From Spirochaetia bacterium (GTDB taxonomy: Bacteria; Spirochaetota; Spirochaetia; WTKD01; G963693115), in the NCBI GenBank assembly GCA_965226055.1, contig CBDDCA010000006.1, positions 258,251 to 322,250 of the forward strand: a stretch of 64,000 nucleotides of DNA, given 5' to 3'. Below the pieces are notes generated by a model, which made no database searches, was not told the origin of the DNA, and saw nothing but the letters and a program-made list of their open reading frames with translations. The translations under genes were made by a program, and so were the position numbers. Below are positions 30,633-38,668 of the stretch, piece by piece. Each line of letters starts with the position of its first letter. Within the stretch, counting starts at the first letter, position 1.

Positions 30633-30754
30633 ATATTCAGTATAATAGAATTACTATATTTTATTTCAAATATCCTTTCGCATACCTAGTAACAATACTC
30701 CTATACCAGCTTAACCTATTAAAAAGTAAAAGGCACAGCACTAATACCGTAAAC

Positions 30755-30782
30755 TTAATACTATCTTAACAATTTTTTAATT
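30755..30782 (+). promoter_or_regulatory. candidate Pho-box-like direct repeats upstream of pstS
   Basis: TTAATA (30755), TTAACA (30766) and TTAATT (30777) are spaced exactly 11 bp apart, 48-75 bp upstream of the pstS ATG. A possible -10 tatact sits at 30803 and an RBS aaaggaga at 30818. The region is AT-rich, so chance occurrence is plausible. Confidence 0.3.
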
Positions 30783-30829
30783 ATTATCTCATATAGATAC
30801 TCTATACTGTAAGAAAAAAAGGAGATACT

Positions 30830-31816
30830 ATGAAAAAATTTAGTTTCATATTACTAATAGTGATAAGTACAATCACTATTGTACCCGTTTTTGCCAATGG
30901 CAATAAAGAAGAAGCAGATAGCTCTAATAATTGGGCAATAAAAAGAGAAGCACAGATCCCCGAAGTGAATGCAAGTAATGTACAAGGAAGCATCATTATT
31001 GCAGGAAGTTCTACTGTATTTCCTGTTGCTGAAAAACTTGCAGATATTTTTCGTGAAGACGGATATACAGGAAATATAAAAGTAGACAGTATTGGAAGTG
31101 GTGCTGGGTTTGAACGCTGGACAAAAGGAGAAACAGATATTGCTAATGCAAGTCGCCCTATTAAAGAAAAAGAAATAAACACTGCACAATCAATAGGAAG
31201 AGATCCTATTGGGTTTCTGATAGGAATTGACGCATTAGTAGTGATAGTAAATCCTGAAAACGACTGGCTTAATGATGTGAGCATTGAAATGCTTGCAAAA
31301 ATTTTTAGCTCTGATAAATGGAGTGATGTAAATCCAAGCTGGCCAAATGCTATGATTGAAAAATTTTCACCAGGAACTGATAGCGGTACATTTGATTACT
31401 TCGTAGAAGCTGTATTTGACAAAGATAAAGAACCACTACTCTCTGCAAACTCACTCCAGCTTTCCGAAGATGACAATATTCTCTCAAGGGGGGTACAAAG
31501 CTCTAAATACGGTATTGGGTACTTTGGATATGCATACTACAATGAAGCAAAAGATACACTCAAAGCTATTAGTATTTCAGGAAGCGTGCCTTCCGAAAAA
31601 AGTGTATACGACAATACATACCCATTAGCACGCCCATTGTACATGTATTCTTCTGCTTCAATTATGCAAGAAAAACAACAAATAGCTGCATTTTTAGCGT
31701 ATACATTGAATAATATAGAAAGCGTTATCACAGAAGTAGGATATTTTCCTGCACGTCAGGCTGATTATACTAACAGTAACAAAGCATGGATGCAAGCAAT
31801 GGAAGGAAACTATTAA
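30830..31816 (+). CDS. pstS: phosphate ABC transporter substrate-binding protein
   Basis: 328 aa with a signal peptide. GSSTVFPV, GSGAGF and SRPIKEKE are PstS-family (PBP-like_2) motifs. It is the first gene of a pst operon. Confidence 0.9.
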   Translation: MKKFSFILLIVISTITIVPVFANGNKEEADSSNNWAIKREAQIPEVNASNVQGSIIIAGSSTVFPVAEKLADIFREDGYTGNIKVDSIGSGAGFERWTKGETDIANASRPIKEKEINTAQSIGRDPIGFLIGIDALVVIVNPENDWLNDVSIEMLAKIFSSDKWSDVNPSWPNAMIEKFSPGTDSGTFDYFVEAVFDKDKEPLLSANSLQLSEDDNILSRGVQSSKYGIGYFGYAYYNEAKDTLKAISISGSVPSEKSVYDNTYPLARPLYMYSSASIMQEKQQIAAFLAYTLNNIESVITEVGYFPARQADYTNSNKAWMQAMEGNY

Positions 31817-31837
31817 AATAGTAACTATCGTATAACT

Positions 31838-32764
31838 ATGAAAATGCCACGATTACAAGATAAAAATAAGTACCGTCATATCCCAAGAATACATGAACGA
31901 GGTATTGAATGGGTTCTTACCATATGTGGAGTACTCTCTATAATAATAACAATAGCCATCGTGCTCTTTCTTGGCAAAGACGCTCTCCCGTTCTTTCAAG
32001 ACGAAGAAGTTTCATTATGGGAATTTTTTACTTCGACATCGTGGCAACCTGCATTAGGACAGTTAGGCATACTTCCTTTGTTTAATGCAACATTACTTAC
32101 TAGTTTTATAGCCTTACTTTTTGCTACGCCCATTGGTGTTTTTACTGCTATATACTTAAGCGAGTTTGCCAGTACAAGAATACGAAACATACTAAAACCT
32201 ATATTAGAAATGCTTGCAGGCATTCCTTCAATAGTATACGGGTTTTTTGCAGTAGTATTTGTTACCCCTTTACTTCGAACAATTATTGGAAGTGATGTAG
32301 TGAACATTTATAATAATCTTTCTGCAGGTTTAATGATGGGGGTACTCATACTTCCAATTATTACTTCTATGGTAGAAGATTCTCTTCATGCCATACCAAA
32401 CACATTACGGAGTGGAGCCTACGCCTTAGGAGCAACGAAATTTCAGACTGCAACACAGATCGTACTTCCTGCAGCATTTTCTGGAGTATCAGCAAGTATT
32501 ATTATTGGATTATCGCGTGCCATAGGAGAAACTACTATAGCAGCCTTAGCTGCAGGAGCAGGAGCTAATTTCACCTTTAATCCATTTGAATCTGCCGAAA
32601 CTATGACAGGCTATATTCTACGTATTAGCGGTGGAGATGTAAGCTATAATACTATAGACTATACCAGCATTTTTGCTATTGGCATTACATTATTTTTTAT
32701 TACCCTTGGACTAAATATGTTAGGGCAGTATATCAGTAACAAATATAGAGAGGTATACGATTGA
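31838..32764 (+). CDS. pstC: phosphate ABC transporter permease
   Basis: 308 aa with multiple TM segments. It carries the EAA loop LRSGAYALGATKFQTATQIVLPAA. Confidence 0.9.
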   Translation: MKMPRLQDKNKYRHIPRIHERGIEWVLTICGVLSIIITIAIVLFLGKDALPFFQDEEVSLWEFFTSTSWQPALGQLGILPLFNATLLTSFIALLFATPIGVFTAIYLSEFASTRIRNILKPILEMLAGIPSIVYGFFAVVFVTPLLRTIIGSDVVNIYNNLSAGLMMGVLILPIITSMVEDSLHAIPNTLRSGAYALGATKFQTATQIVLPAAFSGVSASIIIGLSRAIGETTIAALAAGAGANFTFNPFESAETMTGYILRISGGDVSYNTIDYTSIFAIGITLFFITLGLNMLGQYISNKYREVYD

Positions 32765-33921
32765 TGAATCTTAAAACAGTAAAAGAAAAATTTCAAATAC
32801 TCTGCTTATTTGCATCATCACTTTTTTCCATACTCATACTCATTACGCTTTTATTCCAAATTCTCAATGAGAATTTTGGATATGTAATGTACGAATACTC
32901 AATAGAAGAAAAAGAGCTTCTCAGCACACCATTGGAACAAGCCAGCAAAGAAGAGATGATTGTTCTCTTAAAAGAAACATTACGCCCTTCTTTACAACGA
33001 AATTTAACAGAAGACACAGCATTTGAAAACCAAACTATTGACACTTTACGCAACCATGTTCGTCAGTACATTCTGAAAGAAAAAATTGTCAAATCATGGT
33101 CACTCTATGATTCTATTACAAAAAAAGATGAAATCTTTGCACAAGCTACCAGTACTAAAAACCGAATAGTATTTCATTCTTGGCTAAACCCTAACTTCAT
33201 AATTTCAAAACAAAGTACCGAAGCAAGTACAACAGGAATTCGAACTGCTATACTTGGTACATTATGGGTTATTACGATTGCTGCTTTATTTTCTATTCCG
33301 TTTGGTGTTGCAACTGCAATATATCTGGAAGAATACGCAAAAAAAAATATGCTCACAAACATTATTACCACCAATATTTATAATCTTGCAGGAGTTCCCT
33401 CTGTTATATATGGATTACTTGGACTAGCACTCTTTGTTCGTATTTTTGAACCTATCACACAAGGAAGAACAATACTATCTGCTGGACTTACCTTAGGGCT
33501 TATGTGTTTACCTATGATAATCATCAACTCTCAAGAAGCCATTAAAGCTGTCCCTAACACCTTACGTTATTCTAGTTATGCACTTGGAGCAACAAAATGG
33601 CAAACCATCCTGTACCATGTACTTCCCTACTCTTTAGAACGCATTATTACAGGCATTATACTTGCTCTTTCTCGAGCAATAGGAGAAACCGCTCCTCTTG
33701 TTATCATAGGGGCAGCAACATTTATCAGTGTAGATCCCAACAACATCTTTGCCAGCTTTACTGCATTACCCATTCAAATATATCAATGGGCATCACGCCC
33801 TCAACACATTTATTACAACACAAGCTCAGCAGCAATTATCGTATTACTTATTCTCATTTTAATAGTAAACATTATTCCTATTAGTATACGAAATAGGCTG
33901 TCAAAAAAAGTAAAAATATAA
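32761..33921 (+). CDS. pstA: phosphate ABC transporter permease with a long N-terminal extension
   Basis: 386 aa. It carries LRYSSYALGATKWQTILYHVLPYS. About 150 residues lie between the first TM segment and the conserved core. The start may be the TTG at 32761 or the ATG at 32764. Confidence 0.88.
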   Translation: MMNLKTVKEKFQILCLFASSLFSILILITLLFQILNENFGYVMYEYSIEEKELLSTPLEQASKEEMIVLLKETLRPSLQRNLTEDTAFENQTIDTLRNHVRQYILKEKIVKSWSLYDSITKKDEIFAQATSTKNRIVFHSWLNPNFIISKQSTEASTTGIRTAILGTLWVITIAALFSIPFGVATAIYLEEYAKKNMLTNIITTNIYNLAGVPSVIYGLLGLALFVRIFEPITQGRTILSAGLTLGLMCLPMIIINSQEAIKAVPNTLRYSSYALGATKWQTILYHVLPYSLERIITGIILALSRAIGETAPLVIIGAATFISVDPNNIFASFTALPIQIYQWASRPQHIYYNTSSAAIIVLLILILIVNIIPISIRNRLSKKVKI

Positions 33922-33941
33922 GAGAATGAAAGTAGGACATT

Positions 33942-34727
33942 ATGAACACAAAAAATAACACCCTCTTACAAACAAAAAAACTCAATTTTTATTATAACTA
34001 CGATAAAAAGAAACCTTCAAGTATGATACATGCACTTACAGATATTTCTCTTGAAATAGAGCACAACACAATCTGTGCACTTATAGGACCTTCTGGGTGT
34101 GGAAAGAGTACTTTCTTACGTTGTATAAACCGTATGAACGATCTCATCCCTCATACAAAAGCGGAAGGGGAAATTCTTGTAAAAGGAAAAAATATCTTTG
34201 ATTCTGAAGTAGATCCAGTAGAAGTACGAAAAGAGATAGGAATGGTATTTCAAAAGCCCAATCCTTTTCCTAAAAGTATTTATGAAAATATAGCATGGGG
34301 GGCACGTATCAATGGTATCACTAAAAACCTTGATGAACTGGTAGAAAAAAACCTTGTGAATGCTGGACTATGGGATGAAGTAAAAGATAAACTAAAATCA
34401 AGTGCACTCTCTCTATCAGGAGGACAACAACAACGACTTTGCATTGCTCGTACATTAGCAATAAATCCGCAAATAATTCTTATGGATGAACCAACATCGG
34501 CACTTGATCCCATATCAACGTCTGTAATTGAGAACTTGATTATTGAGCTAAGAAAATCTTATACTATAATTATAGTAACTCATAATATGCAACAGGCAGG
34601 AAGAATATCAGACGATACCGCATTTTTCCTTAATGGTGTCCTCATAGAATGCGACAAAACAGCAGACATGTTTGTAAAACCCAAAAACATAAAAACAGAA
34701 GAATATATTACTGGCAAATTCGGATAA
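33942..34727 (+). CDS. pstB: phosphate ABC transporter ATP-binding protein
   Basis: 261 aa. It carries [26 protein letters not shown] and [12 protein letters not shown]. Confidence 0.95.
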   Translation: MNTKNNTLLQTKKLNFYYNYDKKKPSSMIHALTDISLEIEHNTICALIGPSGCGKSTFLRCINRMNDLIPHTKAEGEILVKGKNIFDSEVDPVEVRKEIGMVFQKPNPFPKSIYENIAWGARINGITKNLDELVEKNLVNAGLWDEVKDKLKSSALSLSGGQQQRLCIARTLAINPQIILMDEPTSALDPISTSVIENLIIELRKSYTIIIVTHNMQQAGRISDDTAFFLNGVLIECDKTADMFVKPKNIKTEEYITGKFG

Positions 34728-34743
34728 ATTTATAGGAGATAAT

Positions 34744-35403
34744 ATGACATTAATAAGAGAACATTTTAATCAAGCACAAAATGAAATAGAGAAACGCATC
34801 ATTCGTTTTTCTTCAATGATATCAGATACATTACACAAAGCATTTAATACAGTGCTAGCATTAGATTTATCAGAAGCGAAACAGATTATTGAACACGATA
34901 AACTAATTGATGAAGAACAACGTAAAATTGAAGAAGCATGTGTAAAAATACTTGCAACGGAACAACCAGTGGCATCAGATTTACGGAGTTTAGTAGCATA
35001 CATAAAAGAGCTTTCTCTGTATGAAAAAATTGGAGATTATGCAAAAAGTATGTGCTTAAATACCGAGATGGTAACAAAACAGCTTATTGAAGAATATTCT
35101 CCTCATATCATTGCTCAACGAAAGGTAGTATTTGAAATGCTTGAAAGTACTATTGAAGCTTTAGTAAAAAAAGACGCAAACTTAGCACGCGATACTGCTC
35201 AAAAAGATAATCAACTTGACAAAAATTACCGTGCCACACAAAGAGAGCTCCTTAAAAAACTTGATAACAATGATATACATCATGAAAGTATAGTTGCATT
35301 TATCAATATTATTAAATGTTTTGAAAGAATTGGAGACATGATAAGCATCATTGACGAATTGATAGTATATGCTGTTAATGGCATACATGAAGACCTAAAC
35401 TAA
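34744..35403 (+). CDS. phoU: phosphate signalling complex protein PhoU
   Basis: 219 aa. It has two repeats ending in the E(R/K)IGD motif (YEKIGDYAK and FERIGDMIS), and it lies immediately after pstB. Confidence 0.9.
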   Translation: MTLIREHFNQAQNEIEKRIIRFSSMISDTLHKAFNTVLALDLSEAKQIIEHDKLIDEEQRKIEEACVKILATEQPVASDLRSLVAYIKELSLYEKIGDYAKSMCLNTEMVTKQLIEEYSPHIIAQRKVVFEMLESTIEALVKKDANLARDTAQKDNQLDKNYRATQRELLKKLDNNDIHHESIVAFINIIKCFERIGDMISIIDELIVYAVNGIHEDLN

Positions 35404-35417
35404 AAAGCTATTGTTGT

Positions 35418-36128
35418 ATGTCAGTGTCATCCCTGCCATCTGTTCTTATTGCTGATGATGATAAAGAAATATGTAAGCTTATTGAAATACTTATAAAGCC
35501 CATAAGTAGCACTACCACAATAACAAATACTGGAAAACAAACCTTACAATGTATTGAAACATCTATACCAGATGTTATTATACTTGATCTCAGTTTTCCT
35601 GATCTTGACGGATTTTCAATTTGCTCATGGATTCGCAAGAATGAAACAATACCACAACCTATCATTATAGTACTTACCGCAAGAAATTCGGACAAAGATA
35701 AAATAAACAGCTTTGATATTGGTGCAGATGAATACATAAGCAAACCGTTTAGTCCAGCATTTCTTAGTAAAAGAATACATATGCTATGGCAACAAAAAAA
35801 TAGTAGCAACAGTGCCACAACCAACACTACAAAGATTCAGTTTAATGAAATCGTGCTTGATATAGAACAAAAAAGAGCATTTATCGAAGAGAGTGAAATA
35901 TATCTTACCTTTATGGAATGGCAGATACTTTTATTATTTATGAAACATCCCGGAAAAGTATTATCACGTTCTTTCATTATCCAACATGTAAAAGGAGATA
36001 ACTTTATTATATATGATAGAGTAATTGATGTTCATATTGTAGCATTACGAAAAAAATTAGGACACTTAAAATCATATATCTGCACAAAACGAAGTATGGG
36101 ATATTATCTTGATAATACAAAAAAATAA
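35418..36128 (+). CDS. OmpR/PhoB-family response regulator
   Basis: 236 aa. The receiver domain reads VLIADDD...ILDLSFPDLDG...LTAR...KPF. The C-terminal winged-helix domain reads LTFMEWQILLLFMKHPGKVLSR...VIDVHIVALRKKL. Confidence 0.88.
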   Translation: MSVSSLPSVLIADDDKEICKLIEILIKPISSTTTITNTGKQTLQCIETSIPDVIILDLSFPDLDGFSICSWIRKNETIPQPIIIVLTARNSDKDKINSFDIGADEYISKPFSPAFLSKRIHMLWQQKNSSNSATTNTTKIQFNEIVLDIEQKRAFIEESEIYLTFMEWQILLLFMKHPGKVLSRSFIIQHVKGDNFIIYDRVIDVHIVALRKKLGHLKSYICTKRSMGYYLDNTKK

Positions 36129-37161
36129 TAACAATACCCTCGATTATACAAACTATCTCAGCTTATTAAAAGCATCAAACTTTTTATCACCTTGGTGTAT
36201 AATAAATAAAAATCTCACTATTGTAGAAGCACATCAAAAAATAACATCATTTTCAAAGTTTGATACTGTAGTAGGACTTCATATTCTTCAAGCGTTTCTC
36301 AGTCATATATTAGAAGAACATCTTGAACAATTTCTTCTCACTGAAGAAAGAAGCAACACTATCGTAGTTCCAATCCATGAACAGCAATATCATATTGAAA
36401 TATCAAAAATACAAAATAGCCCCTATATATTGCTTATATTTATGAAGCTACAAGACAGTACACTTGATAAGAATGAAAAAACAGAGGAAATATTTATTCA
36501 AAATATATCACATGAATTACGTACTCCCCTTACTATTATATTAGGCTATATTGAACACATTACCACCAATCAAACTACTGATACATTTAAGGAAGAACTG
36601 TACTGTATTCAACAACAAGGACATCGACTGCACAATATTATTGATGCTCTTACATACCTATACTTTCCTAAACATTTTCAACAACAAACACCTGACACAT
36701 ATGAAAACATTAACAATATCATTACAGAATTCTTAGGCACACAAATTACCAAAAAAAAGAAATCATATATTTCCTTTATTCAGTGTCAAAAAAACACACA
36801 CATAAACATAAACAAAGTACTCTTATATATCGTTCTCTACAACCTTATTGATAATGCTATAAAATTTTCTTCAAACGAACCGCATATCATCATTACTGCC
36901 AAAGATAAAAAAGATACCATAGTAGTATCAATACAAGACCAAGGAATGGGCATTCCAGAACATCTTCACGAAAAAATATTTGAACGATTTTATCGTGTTA
37001 CTAGCACCGATCACCAAACAACACAAGGCTCAGGACTTGGACTGACAATAACAAAAAAAATCATACAGACAATGAACAGTAGCATACAGCTACAGAGTGC
37101 TGTACACAAAGGAACTACTGTAATACTCACCTTTCCGAAAGACACTCATAAAAATGTATAG
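36109..37161 (+). CDS. sensor histidine kinase (PhoR-like by context) with no evident transmembrane segment
   Basis: 350 aa. The HisKA H-box is ISHELRTPLT. HATPase motifs are DNAIKFS, DQGMGIP and GSGLGLTI. The start is uncertain (TTG at 36109). No hydrophobic stretch of 18 aa or more precedes the H-box. Confidence 0.85.
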   Translation: MIIQKNNNNTLDYTNYLSLLKASNFLSPWCIINKNLTIVEAHQKITSFSKFDTVVGLHILQAFLSHILEEHLEQFLLTEERSNTIVVPIHEQQYHIEISKIQNSPYILLIFMKLQDSTLDKNEKTEEIFIQNISHELRTPLTIILGYIEHITTNQTTDTFKEELYCIQQQGHRLHNIIDALTYLYFPKHFQQQTPDTYENINNIITEFLGTQITKKKKSYISFIQCQKNTHININKVLLYIVLYNLIDNAIKFSSNEPHIIITAKDKKDTIVVSIQDQGMGIPEHLHEKIFERFYRVTSTDHQTTQGSGLGLTITKKIIQTMNSSIQLQSAVHKGTTVILTFPKDTHKNV

Positions 37162-37179
37162 CTATCATTTTCTGTAGTG

Positions 37180-38484
37180 CTAAGGAATAATGTTACTTAC
37201 AAGATAGTCTCTATTATACATGATAACTCTACCCAACTTATACTCTCTCCATTTCACAAGAATAGGTTGAGGAACAATATTCTTTTCTTGCTCCAACTGT
37301 GTTACAGTGAACATCGTACTATCATATATAGTAGCTATTTCTAAACGCTCTTTGAGCATTGTTACTAAATTACCATCAACAGACCATAATTTTATTCTTG
37401 CATCCTTTCCTGCACTTGCAATACTATTGCTCTTTCCATTAAAAGCAACTGTCCATATACGATCATTATTATCCTTAATACTTCGTTCTAAAGTAGCATT
37501 TTTTACATTCCATATATTTATACTCTCATCAGCACTACTACTAATAATATACTTTGAATCAGCACTAAACCCAACAGCATATATATTTGAAGCATGTCCT
37601 TTTAGTACACGACTTGCTCGCAGTCCTTCTTTAGACGACTTTGCCTGTGCTAAGTCATCCAACGAGTATACTATTATCGTACAATCATCACTAGCACTTG
37701 CAAGATATTTTCCATCTGCACTAAACGCCAACGCATTGACATCTCCGTAATGTCTTCTAAAGCTCTGTAAAGCAGTTATGTTTCTGTCTTGCTTTGCCAT
37801 TTCTGTATTAAAAGGAACATTCCAAAATCGTACAATATTATCTGTACCACCACTTGCAAGATATGTTCCGTCAGAACTATATGCTATAACATGTATCTCC
37901 TGTTGTGTCTGTAGCTCATCTATAAGCTGTGCATTCTCTACATCCCATATACGAATACTTCCATCTTTTCCCGCACTTGCAAGAGTATTTTCACTAGGAT
38001 GAAATGCTATAGTATACCCCTCGTTCTGTGAGATAGTATGATTTTGTGACTTATCCTGAAATTGAGCTTGAATTTGAGTAAGGATATTCCCTTTATTTGT
38101 TAGATCCCAAATAGTAATAGTACCATCAACACTCACACTTGCTACCAACGTTCCACTAGGACTATATAGTACTTGAGAAATAGCAGAGCTATGTCCTTCT
38201 AAACTACGAATAATCTGATAACTGTTTAGGTCCCATAGTTTGACTGTATTATCTTTTGATCCACTCACAAGAAAATTACCACTAGGAGAAAATGCAATGC
38301 TAACAACATCATCACTATGAATGGGCTGTGGCTCTAACCTTTCTAAGCCTACTTGTTGCATAAAATCAAGGGCTGACCCCTTCGCTACTTCCTGCTCTTC
38401 CTTATATGATGTACAGCTTGTTGCTACCAAGAGAACATAAAAAAAAGAGATTATAAATATACACTGTAATAATTGCTGTTTCAT
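37180..38484 (-). CDS. WD40-repeat lipoprotein (seven-bladed propeller predicted)
   Basis: 434 aa. The lipobox is LLVATSCTS. There are seven units of the type FSPSGNFLVSGSKDNTVKLWDL. Confidence 0.85.
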   Translation of the reverse strand: MKQQLLQCIFIISFFYVLLVATSCTSYKEEQEVAKGSALDFMQQVGLERLEPQPIHSDDVVSIAFSPSGNFLVSGSKDNTVKLWDLNSYQIIRSLEGHSSAISQVLYSPSGTLVASVSVDGTITIWDLTNKGNILTQIQAQFQDKSQNHTISQNEGYTIAFHPSENTLASAGKDGSIRIWDVENAQLIDELQTQQEIHVIAYSSDGTYLASGGTDNIVRFWNVPFNTEMAKQDRNITALQSFRRHYGDVNALAFSADGKYLASASDDCTIIVYSLDDLAQAKSSKEGLRASRVLKGHASNIYAVGFSADSKYIISSSADESINIWNVKNATLERSIKDNNDRIWTVAFNGKSNSIASAGKDARIKLWSVDGNLVTMLKERLEIATIYDSTMFTVTQLEQEKNIVPQPILVKWREYKLGRVIMYNRDYLVSNIIP

Positions 38485-38668
38485 GTAAATACACTATGAG
38501 TGTATTCTTATTATCTGCAATTTTAATCAAAAATTTTACTACTTTGATAAATATATTAGTATTTATTTTCCTGCATGTATACAACATAAGTACTAGATAC
38601 TCCTCTATAGCAGATACTTGCACCAATAATACAGATTTTATCAAATGTTCATTATAAAACTCCTATTA

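Noticed and set aside
30802-31284. A 160-aa minus-strand ORF and a 111-aa ORF overlap pstS.
   Set aside because: They are antisense to a well-supported pstS gene with a signal peptide, family motifs and an RBS. I recognise no motifs in them.
35408-35827. A 139-aa minus-strand ORF lies opposite the response-regulator gene.
   Set aside because: It is antisense to a gene with clear receiver-domain motifs. Its hydrophobic, low-complexity translation is typical of shadow ORFs in AT-rich DNA.
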